NCBI GenBank assembly: GCA_024680795.1
Contig: JAILBR010000030.1
Location: forward strand, 7,594-71,593
Length of the DNA stretch: 64,000 bases
From: Bacilli bacterium
GTDB lineage: Bacteria > Bacillota_I > Bacilli_A > RFN20 > CAG-826
Direction: 5' to 3'
Below are positions 9,940-17,976 of the stretch, piece by piece; position 1 is the stretch's first letter; the number at the start of each line of letters is the position of its first letter. The notes under the pieces are model-generated. The model was not told the origin of the DNA and made no database searches. It was given only the letters and a program-made list of their open reading frames with translations. The translations under genes were made by a program, and so were the position numbers.

Positions 9940-10531
9940 TTATGGAATGAGTCTTGCAAAAGGCCAAGAAGCCTTGATGGTGGTTAATGGAAAACCTATT
10001 CAAAGAATTAGATTAGAAGTGGGCTGGCATCCAATATATGGCGAAGAAAACATGGATATTGATTCATCAATATTGGTCTATCAAAAAGAGCAACCTGATA
10101 TTCAAGAGCTAATCTCTTATTATAATAAGCATAGTTATAATGGTTCAATTTGTCATAATGGCGATAATCTAACTGGCGAAGACGATTACTTCGGGTATGA
10201 TTCAGAAGATGGTGTTGATGAAACAATCGATGTGGATTTAGCTAGTTTAGATCCTCATTATAATAGACTTGCAGTGGCGATAAATATTTATGACGCCCAT
10301 GCTAAAGAACAAACATTTGAAGATGTCGACGGTCTATTTATAAGAATTGTAAATACAGATGATGGTTCATATATATGTAACTATAAAGTTACCAATAAAA
10401 TCTATAATGATAATACTTTGGTGATCGGCCTATTTTTAAAAAAAGGCACCGAGTGGATATTTAAGGCACTCGGAGTCTCATATGACTTTGATAATATTGA
10501 AAACTTTGCCGATATGGTGGCAGAGCATTAA
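9932..10531 (+). CDS. TerD-family stress-response protein
   Basis: TerD hallmark GDNLTGEDD...DETIDVDL and the N-terminal SLAKGQ motif. Overlaps the upstream transporter stop by 8 nt. Alternative start at 9947. Confidence 0.85.
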   Translation: MANYGMSLAKGQEALMVVNGKPIQRIRLEVGWHPIYGEENMDIDSSILVYQKEQPDIQELISYYNKHSYNGSICHNGDNLTGEDDYFGYDSEDGVDETIDVDLASLDPHYNRLAVAINIYDAHAKEQTFEDVDGLFIRIVNTDDGSYICNYKVTNKIYNDNTLVIGLFLKKGTEWIFKALGVSYDFDNIENFADMVAEH

Positions 10532-10558
10532 AAAACCAGGAGCGAATCCTGGTTTTTC
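10531..10558. terminator. Bidirectional rho-independent terminator
   Basis: AAAAACCAGGA-GCGAA-TCCTGGTTTTT, a perfect 11-bp stem flanked by A-run and T-run, between convergent terD and the ferredoxin gene. Confidence 0.75.
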
Positions 10559-10566
10559 ATTATATC

Positions 10567-10746
10567 TTACTCTTCAACAGAGATTGCACCAACTGGGCAG
10601 ACACCAACTGCGTCTTCTTCAGCTTCTCCTGTAACTGCTTCTGCTAATCCGCTATCGCCGATTGCGAAGTCATCAGGATATGTGCCAGCGCAACATCCGC
10701 ATCCAATGCAGAGACTTTGATCGAGTTTGACTCTCTTTTTCGCCAT
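10567..10746 (-). CDS. Small 4Fe-4S ferredoxin
   Basis: CIGCGCCAG...VCPVGAI cluster motifs. I chose the ATG at 10746 (MAKKRVKL) because AGGAGG lies 9 nt upstream of it. The longer track ORF starts at 10776. Confidence 0.8.
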   Translation of the reverse strand: MAKKRVKLDQSLCIGCGCCAGTYPDDFAIGDSGLAEAVTGEAEEDAVGVCPVGAISVEE

Positions 10747-10842
10747 TGATATATACCTCCTAAGGCTATATGACAATTATACTATCCGGTCAATGTAATT
10801 GCATTAATTATTAAATAAAATTGAGTTAGTCTTGTATAACTA

Positions 10843-12513
10843 CTATAAATGAATTTTATCGTTAATTTCTTTGATTAATTTAGGTTCGATCTTAATAATT
10901 TCGCGGTCAAAGGTGATGAAACCATTGGTTTCTTCTTCAACATCGGTTAGTTGAGTGTATATCGAAGCGGATAGACCTTTAGGTATGTTTTTAATTACAT
11001 CCCTTTCAATCATCTTTTTATAAGCTTTAAGATAGTCTTCTTTATTTTCAAACTTTGTATAAACACTATTACCTTTGATAATATGACCTTCGATTGGTAA
11101 AACTAAACCGCCAAATTCACTAAGAATAATGCTTCTTTTCTTTTCGCGTGGGAGTCTTACCCCTCTAAAGTAGACATGTAATGATTTGACATCACTAACT
11201 TTTTGATCGTGCCATCCAGAAGCATGGTCATATATTCTAGTTGGATCTAGTTTAACCATTTCTTGATAAATCTCTTTACTATCAAATTGTCCCCAGCCTT
11301 CATTAAAGATTGTCCATAATCCGATGCAAGGGCAATTATATAAATAATTAATCGTGTCTTTAAATTCTTGAATGACTTCTTTTCTTCCTACTTCATTATT
11401 TCTTCCAAACACTTTATAGTTATGATCATTTCTATGCATGTTTGTAACTAATGGGAGAGTGATAACTAGTTGAGAATAAGTGGTTCCTCCATTAACGAAG
11501 TCTTGCCAAACTATAATTCCTCTTTTATCACATTCAAAATACCATCGTGGTATTTCAATTTTGATGTGTTTTCTAATTGCGTTAAAACCTAAACTTTTCA
11601 CTAGTTCTATATCTTTGATATAGTCTTTATAACTAGATGGAGTTAATAACCCATCCTTATAATATCCTTGGTCTAAGACACCTTTCATAAATAAAGGTTT
11701 ATTATTTAACGCTAGTCGGAGGATTCCGTTCTCATCTTTCATCGTGGAGAATTTTCTCATCGCAAAGTAACTAGTTACTTCGTCATAATCTTCTATTTCG
11801 ATACGAACAAAATATAGATATGGATCTTCAGGGGACCATAATCTCATATCTTTTACTTTGACATGATTATCTTTGTTACAATCGATTGGTCTATCCATAC
11901 CAAAGATATGGATGATGGCTTCGTCAGCCTTACTTTTAATATTGATGATGATTTCCTCTTTATCGATGTCAGGAGTGAACTTAACATCCTCAATATATTT
12001 TTCATTAACGCTTTCTAACCATACTGGCATATAAATACCACTTTGTGGGGTATACCAAATACCACCATGTTTAAGCTTCTGCTTTCCTCTAGATAAGTAA
12101 GATGTATCGGTTAAATCTTGAACCCTAACAACTAAAGTATTCTTTTCTTCTAAGAATGGCTTTATATCAAACTCAAAAGGAAGGAATCCTCCAATGTGTT
12201 TGCCAACCTCTTTATCATTTAGATAAACTTCGGCAATTTGGTCAACTGCAGTAAAATGTAGAATTACTTTATCTTTAATGAATTCAGATGGTAGAGAAAA
12301 CTCTAATTTATAATATAAAAACTCATCAGGCTGAAGGATGTGATTAACTCCACTTAACTTAGTTTCTGGAGAAAAAGGAACAATAATCTTGCCATCAAAA
12401 AGTTTAGGAATGGTTCGGTCTTTTGTAATCGCATACTCCCATTCACCATTTAAAGAAATGTAACTTTCTCGATATAGTTGAGGACGTGGATATTCACTTA
12501 ATGGTTGGTTCAT
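10843..12513 (-). CDS. Glycoside hydrolase family 2 protein (beta-galactosidase/glucuronidase/mannosidase-like)
   Basis: N-terminal EYPRPQLYR...SLNGEWEY sugar-binding domain signature and the NAIRKHIK / WTIFNEGWG catalytic-region motifs typical of GH2. Confidence 0.8.
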   Translation of the reverse strand: MNQPLSEYPRPQLYRESYISLNGEWEYAITKDRTIPKLFDGKIIVPFSPETKLSGVNHILQPDEFLYYKLEFSLPSEFIKDKVILHFTAVDQIAEVYLNDKEVGKHIGGFLPFEFDIKPFLEEKNTLVVRVQDLTDTSYLSRGKQKLKHGGIWYTPQSGIYMPVWLESVNEKYIEDVKFTPDIDKEEIIINIKSKADEAIIHIFGMDRPIDCNKDNHVKVKDMRLWSPEDPYLYFVRIEIEDYDEVTSYFAMRKFSTMKDENGILRLALNNKPLFMKGVLDQGYYKDGLLTPSSYKDYIKDIELVKSLGFNAIRKHIKIEIPRWYFECDKRGIIVWQDFVNGGTTYSQLVITLPLVTNMHRNDHNYKVFGRNNEVGRKEVIQEFKDTINYLYNCPCIGLWTIFNEGWGQFDSKEIYQEMVKLDPTRIYDHASGWHDQKVSDVKSLHVYFRGVRLPREKKRSIILSEFGGLVLPIEGHIIKGNSVYTKFENKEDYLKAYKKMIERDVIKNIPKGLSASIYTQLTDVEEETNGFITFDREIIKIEPKLIKEINDKIHL

Positions 12514-12617
12514 AATCGTCTCTTAAAATAATTATACTATTTATCAAAAGATAAAAATAAATTTTTTGAGATTGCTTTATTTTCTCTTTAAAGTATAATG
12601 AAAGTGCTATTTTGATT

Positions 12618-13286
12618 ATGACTAAGAAAGAAAAAAATGTTGATAGTTTACCATATAAAAAGGTAAGTGGATGGTATAGGTTCTGGAAAAGAACTTTTGA
12701 CATCTTTGTCTCAGGACTCGCTATCATCGTTTTAGCGTTACCTCTTCTAGTCATTTATATCATTGTTTGGGCCACTTCTAAAGGCACAGGCATCTTCCAC
12801 GATAATCGTGTTGGGAAAGATCATAAACCAATCCATGTTTATAAGTTCAGAACTATGTACGCGGATGCGGAAGAAAATATCGATAAATATCTATCCAAAA
12901 AACAACAAAAAGAATGGAAGAAGGAAAGAAAAGTTAAAGATGATCCAAGAATTACTCCTTTTGGTGCATTCTTAAGAAAGACATCTTTAGATGAACTTCC
13001 TCAACTATTTAATATTTTTAAAGGTTCTATGACTGTTGTTGGTCCTCGTCCAATCACCGAAAAAGAATTACAAGATCACTACACTAAAGAAGAACAAGAA
13101 ATCCTTCTTTCTGCTCGTCCAGGCCTATTAGGTTATTGGGGTGTTATGGGCAGAAATGAAGTTCAATATGATAAAGGCAGACAAAAACTAGAATTAGATT
13201 ATTTCAAACTTCGTGGTTTATGGTTTGACTTATGCCTTATGTTCCGCGCTATTCCAGCGGTCCTCAAAGGAAAGGGAGCTAAGTAG
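12618..13286 (+). CDS. Polyprenyl-phosphate sugar-phosphate transferase (bacterial sugar transferase family, WbaP/EpsL-like)
   Basis: KFRTMY, DELPQLFNIFKGSMTVVGPRP and PGLLGYW motifs of PF02397-type initiating phosphoglycosyl transferases. ATG at 12618, with an upstream in-frame TTG at 12612 also possible. Confidence 0.88.
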   Translation: MTKKEKNVDSLPYKKVSGWYRFWKRTFDIFVSGLAIIVLALPLLVIYIIVWATSKGTGIFHDNRVGKDHKPIHVYKFRTMYADAEENIDKYLSKKQQKEWKKERKVKDDPRITPFGAFLRKTSLDELPQLFNIFKGSMTVVGPRPITEKELQDHYTKEEQEILLSARPGLLGYWGVMGRNEVQYDKGRQKLELDYFKLRGLWFDLCLMFRAIPAVLKGKGAK

Positions 13287-13287
13287 A

Positions 13288-13311
13288 GGAACACTTTAGT
13301 GTTCTTTTTTA
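13288..13311 (+). terminator. Putative rho-independent terminator
   Basis: GAACAC-TTTA-GTGTTC followed by TTTTTTATT, directly after the stop at 13286. Confidence 0.55.
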
Positions 13312-13321
13312 TTCAATAGTT

Positions 13322-15469
13322 ATGATTATTGAAGATATTAATGAAAAGGGAATTAAACTAAATCGTTTCATCAATGAAGATGGTTTTGAGTTTGTCTTTT
13401 CTCCTATCGGTGCTTCCATCTATTACATTAAAGATGGAGAAACATATCTAAATAGATTCCCTAAGAACTTCAAAGATTTCTTAAGACCTAAATGTTATTA
13501 TGGTAAAACTGTAGGCCGTGTCGCTAACCGCATTAGAGGCAATAAAATAAGGTTCAACGAGCAAGAATTTGAGATTGAAAACAATGAAGGTGAAAATACA
13601 CTTCATGGCGGAATCCACGTGCTCTCTGTCGCGGAATTCAAGTTTAAATCATCTATCAATAGCACACATTATATCCTCACTTATACCTATTTATCTAAGG
13701 ATGGAGAAAGTGGGTTTCCAGGTAATTTAAACGTTGAAGTTAAGTATTTAGTTCCTCTCCATGGCTTTGACATTGAAATCATTTATACGGCGTGGTCAGA
13801 TAAAGACACTCCGATTGGACTTGCTAACCACGCTTATTTCACACTAGGAAGTAAAAGTTTAGATGAATTAACATTAAGAATCGATAGCGATTATTTCTTA
13901 AATGTTGATAAAGATATGCTTGCGGACAAGATTTCGGAAATGAATTTCTATATGGATTTTAGAAAGCCAAAAGTCATCACTAAAGACATTGACCATCCAG
14001 GCATTAACCACGATCGATTAAGAGGATATGACAACTTCTATTACTTTATTAATAAAGATATAGAAAAATGTAATGTCTCTTTAGAGAATGAATACTATAA
14101 AATGGACATCTACACTGATTTTGAAGGATGCCAAATTTATACTTCTAATTTTGAAGAACCATTCCCATTAGCGCCAGAATGTAAGCAATTAAGAGATAGC
14201 ATCGCTATCGAGCCAAGTGATTCGCATCTAAGACTTAGAATATTAAAAGCTGGACATAAATATATTAGACATATGAAATATGTATTCACCAAGAAAGTGA
14301 AAAAGGAAAAACAAGTTATGGATAATAACATCATCAAAAAAGAATTCGCTAAATTATATGGACATGAATGTGACAATCTCTTCTCTTGTGGAGGAAGATT
14401 TGAAATTTTAGGTAACCATACTGACCATAATCATGGATTATGTCTCGCGGCAACATGCGATTTAAATATTACCGCAGCAGTTAAAAAGACTGATGGTTTA
14501 AAGACAGTTCAATTTATATCCAAAGGATATGATCATGACTTAGTAAGACTTACAATTCTTGAACCGCTTGAAGAAGAAAAAGGATCAAGCAAAGCAATCA
14601 TCCGTGGTGTGGCTGAATATTTAAATAGTCACGGATATAAAATTGGTGGATTCGAAGCTTATTCAGAGAGCAGCATCTTCCCTGGTGCTGGTGTGTCTTC
14701 TAGTGCAGCCTTTGAACTTCTTGTTGGACAAATCTTTAATGACTTATATAACGAAGGCAAAATTTCTAAACTTGAATTATGCAAAGCTGGCCAATACGCT
14801 GAGAACAGATATTTTGGTAAGGCAAGTGGCTTATTAGACCAAATTGGTGTGGGCTATGGCAACATCTCTTATATCGATTTTAAAGACATTAAAAACCCAA
14901 ATATCGAACAGGTCCCTTTTGTTTTTGATGATTTGAGTTTCTTAATCGTTAATACAGGAGGCAGTCACGCACACCTTTCTCACCTATATAGTCAGATCCC
15001 TCAAGATATGTATTCTGCCGCTCAAAAAAGTGGAGTCGAGTTCTTAAGAGATATCAGTTTTGATGATCTTGATAAATCTAATTTGAGTGATATCGAATAT
15101 AGTAGAGCGTTACACTTCTATAGTGAGAATGAAAGAGTTCAAAAAGCCGTGGAAGCCATCAAAAATCATGATAAAGAAACCTTCTTACAAATGATTAACG
15201 AATCAAGACTAAGTTCCACAAATAATTTGAGAAATATGATGGTGGAAAATGAATATAAAGGTTCACCTTTAGAAGCATGTGATTATTTCTTAAAAGTCAC
15301 TGAAGGCAAAGGTGCAATCAAAATCAATGGTGGTGGTTTTGCCGGAAGCGTTATTGCGGTTGTTCCAAAAGATATTCTTCCTCATGTCATCGAAAAAATG
15401 GCGGAGAAATATGGCAAAGAAAATGTTAGAGAAGTATTTGTCAGGACCTCTGGACCTTCTATTTTATAA
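13322..15469 (+). CDS. Fused aldose 1-epimerase (GalM-like, N-terminal about 325 aa) and galactokinase-family GHMP kinase (C-terminal about 385 aa)
   Basis: N-terminal half has GKTVGRVANRI...NTLHGG epimerase motifs. C-terminal half has GRFEILGNHTDHNHG (galactokinase signature variant) and PGAGVSSSAAFE (GHMP motif II). There is no stop codon between the halves. Confidence 0.85.
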   Translation: MIIEDINEKGIKLNRFINEDGFEFVFSPIGASIYYIKDGETYLNRFPKNFKDFLRPKCYYGKTVGRVANRIRGNKIRFNEQEFEIENNEGENTLHGGIHVLSVAEFKFKSSINSTHYILTYTYLSKDGESGFPGNLNVEVKYLVPLHGFDIEIIYTAWSDKDTPIGLANHAYFTLGSKSLDELTLRIDSDYFLNVDKDMLADKISEMNFYMDFRKPKVITKDIDHPGINHDRLRGYDNFYYFINKDIEKCNVSLENEYYKMDIYTDFEGCQIYTSNFEEPFPLAPECKQLRDSIAIEPSDSHLRLRILKAGHKYIRHMKYVFTKKVKKEKQVMDNNIIKKEFAKLYGHECDNLFSCGGRFEILGNHTDHNHGLCLAATCDLNITAAVKKTDGLKTVQFISKGYDHDLVRLTILEPLEEEKGSSKAIIRGVAEYLNSHGYKIGGFEAYSESSIFPGAGVSSSAAFELLVGQIFNDLYNEGKISKLELCKAGQYAENRYFGKASGLLDQIGVGYGNISYIDFKDIKNPNIEQVPFVFDDLSFLIVNTGGSHAHLSHLYSQIPQDMYSAAQKSGVEFLRDISFDDLDKSNLSDIEYSRALHFYSENERVQKAVEAIKNHDKETFLQMINESRLSSTNNLRNMMVENEYKGSPLEACDYFLKVTEGKGAIKINGGGFAGSVIAVVPKDILPHVIEKMAEKYGKENVREVFVRTSGPSIL

Positions 15470-15503
15470 AAATAGTGAAAATAAAAAACTAATGTTGTAA
15501 AAT

Positions 15504-15537
15504 ATCCGTACCGAAATTCGTTACGGATTTTTTATTT
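15504..15537 (+). terminator. Rho-independent terminator
   Basis: ATCCGTA-N11-TACGGAT followed by TTTTTTATTTT. Confidence 0.7.
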
Positions 15538-15553
15538 TATATGGAGGCGTATT

Positions 15554-16723
15554 ATGAAGAAGTGTCCAAATTGTCATAAAGAATATAACGATGACGCTAA
15601 GTTCTGCCTAGAATGTGGCGCTCAATTAGAAAAAGTTGTGGAAGTGGAATCTGAAAAGAGCACTGCTGAACAACCTGAACTCATCAGAAAACCAAGAAGA
15701 ACACCTAGATGGTTAACTGTTGTCTTTTCTGCATTGAGTTTTGTTTTATTCTCTTTCTTTATGCTTGGATATCTTGGTCCTGAATTAGAACTTTATGGAA
15801 ATTCTGGTTCCGGACAAATCGCCATGAGAATCACTTATTACTTTGGTGGCGGAATTCAAAACTTGATGAATATTTATAATACAATGCCATACCAAGAATT
15901 CTTTGTCTTTGATTTAGTTCTATACATCTTCCAATGTATCGCATTCTTTGGCGGATTTATTGCGACAATTGCCTTTTCTGTGCTTGGCATTATCGACGGA
16001 GTTAAAACTATTTCTGAAGGAAAAGATGTCGATACAAAATACTTATTAATCGTTGCATTATGCGCTATTCCACATATCTTCTTCAGCGTTGCCCCAAATG
16101 TGGTGAAAATAAGTGGTAGTGCTGAATATTTAAGAGTGTACGAAGGATGGGGTATTGGTTTATTGAAATTTGCCTTCATCACAACCTTCATTCTTATCTC
16201 TGCCTTTAACGTTGTTAAAAACGCTATTTTTAGAAATGGTGTTTTAAAAACTATCTTTGCCTCTGTTGTTGCTTTATTCCTATCAATTACTGCAATGATG
16301 ATGTTTGAAGATGTCGTTTCTTTCTCTAATTCAGCTGCTAGTGGAGATGTGAATGCATTTTATGCTTTAGAAACAAGCTTATATTCATTTAGTGATGGTG
16401 CTTCTAACTTTATTGGGCTTCCTCTACTTTATGGAGGTATTGCGATTGTCTTTGTTATTATCAGTGTTGTTTTATCAACCCTATCTTTAAAAAGTGTTAT
16501 TAAGGAACAATATAGCAAAGCTACTATCTTTATCGGCGCTAACTTCTTCTCATCTATTATCGCTAGTTTATTTGCAGCTGGATCGGTTGGAGAATTAATT
16601 TCTGATACTTTTAATCCGTTTGTCCTCATTTCTGGCTCAGTTATCGCAAGATGTTTCTTATTAATCTTATGTTTTGTCCTATTAATCGTTTCGTTAACTC
16701 TACAAGCAAGGGAAAATAAATAA
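15554..16723 (+). CDS. Zinc-ribbon-anchored polytopic membrane protein, function unknown
   Basis: N-terminal CPNCHKEYNDDAKFCLECG zinc ribbon followed by about 8 hydrophobic segments. Confidence 0.7.
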   Translation: MKKCPNCHKEYNDDAKFCLECGAQLEKVVEVESEKSTAEQPELIRKPRRTPRWLTVVFSALSFVLFSFFMLGYLGPELELYGNSGSGQIAMRITYYFGGGIQNLMNIYNTMPYQEFFVFDLVLYIFQCIAFFGGFIATIAFSVLGIIDGVKTISEGKDVDTKYLLIVALCAIPHIFFSVAPNVVKISGSAEYLRVYEGWGIGLLKFAFITTFILISAFNVVKNAIFRNGVLKTIFASVVALFLSITAMMMFEDVVSFSNSAASGDVNAFYALETSLYSFSDGASNFIGLPLLYGGIAIVFVIISVVLSTLSLKSVIKEQYSKATIFIGANFFSSIIASLFAAGSVGELISDTFNPFVLISGSVIARCFLLILCFVLLIVSLTLQARENK

Positions 16724-17415
16724 TGAATATCGCATTAATAGTCTTTGCTGGCAAGGGAACAAGAATTCATTCCCAAATCCCTAAACAATTTATTCGTATT
16801 GATAAAAAGGAAATTGTGGCCTACACAATTGAAACTTTTCAGCATCATCCTTTGATTGATGAAATCATCTTAGTGACCTCTGCTGATTACCTTCCTTATA
16901 CCCAAAACCTTACATATCTCAATCATTTTGATAAAGTGATTAACATTGTAGAGGGTGGAGAAACAAGACAAGAATCAGTTAGAAAAGGCCTTCTTTCCAT
17001 CAAAGCTAATGATAAAGATAATGTCCTTATTCATGATGGAGATAGGCCATTAGTCAGCCATGAAATCATTACTAGATGTCTACGCGAATTAGCGGAGCAT
17101 GATGCTTGTACAGTCGCTATCAAAAGCGACGAGGCATTAACCGAAGTTAAAAATCTTGGAAGAAAGTATCACCTTGATGGGGTTGATTATGATATCCAAA
17201 CCCCTCAATGCTTTAAATTTGGTCTAATTAGAGACGCCCATATTAGATTATGCGAACAAAAGTTTGTCGATGATGCATCTTTAATCATAGAGATGGGTAA
17301 AGATGTTTCCTTAGTGGAAGGTGATAAATATAACTTCAAAGTGACTACCGACCAGGATTTGGAATTCTTAAGAAAAGAATTAGTTATAAGGAACCAAATA
17401 AAAGACGAAGAGTAA
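16723..17415 (+). CDS. IspD/TarI-family cytidylyltransferase (MEP or ribitol-5-phosphate cytidylyltransferase)
   Basis: N-terminal VFAGKGTRI...IPKQF nucleotide-binding motif and 230 aa length. ATGA-type coupling to the upstream gene. Confidence 0.85.
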   Translation: MNIALIVFAGKGTRIHSQIPKQFIRIDKKEIVAYTIETFQHHPLIDEIILVTSADYLPYTQNLTYLNHFDKVINIVEGGETRQESVRKGLLSIKANDKDNVLIHDGDRPLVSHEIITRCLRELAEHDACTVAIKSDEALTEVKNLGRKYHLDGVDYDIQTPQCFKFGLIRDAHIRLCEQKFVDDASLIIEMGKDVSLVEGDKYNFKVTTDQDLEFLRKELVIRNQIKDEE

Positions 17416-17429
17416 ATTAAGGAAGGAAT

Positions 17430-17951
17430 ATGAGAAAAGAACCATCAAAATTTAAGAAGTTCATGTTCAGAATATTTGAAACTCATGATATACATGATCC
17501 TTTATGCATGATTTTGGATGTTTTCTATATACTCTTGATTCTATTATCGCTTGTATTAACGATTTTAGAGGCCTTCAAAATCGGTCATGAAGTAAAAGCG
17601 CTTGAGATTGTTGAGTATGTGATTGTGGGTTTCTTCACTTTAGAATGGTTTTCAAGCTTATATACCGCTGACATTGAATTTGCTCCTCTCCCTTATTGGA
17701 AAGCAAAATTAAGATGGATATTCTCTGTCGAAAGCATTTGCGACATTATCTGCCTTGCTATTTTCATCATCTCCTTTCTTCCATTTAAAAATATGTCAGA
17801 AGAAGTGGAGATGTCATTAAGGCTAATTGTCCTCATAAAATTTGTAAGGCTCTATAAATACAAGAAGTATATTGTTTCATATAAAAAGACAGCCGAAGAG
17901 GATAAAGCCGTTAAAGAAGAAAATTGTAATAAAAATTCGCCAAATTCCTAA
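17430..17951 (+). CDS. Four-TM voltage-sensor-domain-like protein without a pore module
   Basis: Four hydrophobic helices. The second has the acidic FTLEWF motif, the third has SICDII, and the fourth is SLRLIVLIKFVRLYKYKK with basic residues spaced every third position as in S4. Confidence 0.55.
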   Translation: MRKEPSKFKKFMFRIFETHDIHDPLCMILDVFYILLILLSLVLTILEAFKIGHEVKALEIVEYVIVGFFTLEWFSSLYTADIEFAPLPYWKAKLRWIFSVESICDIICLAIFIISFLPFKNMSEEVEMSLRLIVLIKFVRLYKYKKYIVSYKKTAEEDKAVKEENCNKNSPNS

Positions 17952-17976
17952 TTAATATAAGAATTGCTGGCGAATT

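Noticed and set aside
9932-10531. Functional link between the TerD gene and the TerY-like vWA/PP2C/kinase locus at 54-61 kb
   Set aside because: Both belong to the wider Ter-associated gene families, but they lie about 45 kb apart with housekeeping genes between them. Nothing in the sequence ties them together, so I noted it only as a coincidence worth remembering.
12494-12754. Minus-strand 86-aa ORF spanning the GH2/sugar-transferase divergent region, and similar antisense ORFs at 39173-39511, 44525-44863, 42363-42671 and 63607-63900
   Set aside because: All overlap better-supported genes on the opposite strand. They lack RBSs and have shadow-frame composition.
14317-15469. Separate galK gene starting at the internal ATG at 14317
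   Set aside because: No stop codon separates it from the GalM-like part, so the primary call is a fusion. Internal initiation cannot be excluded and is mentioned in the finding.
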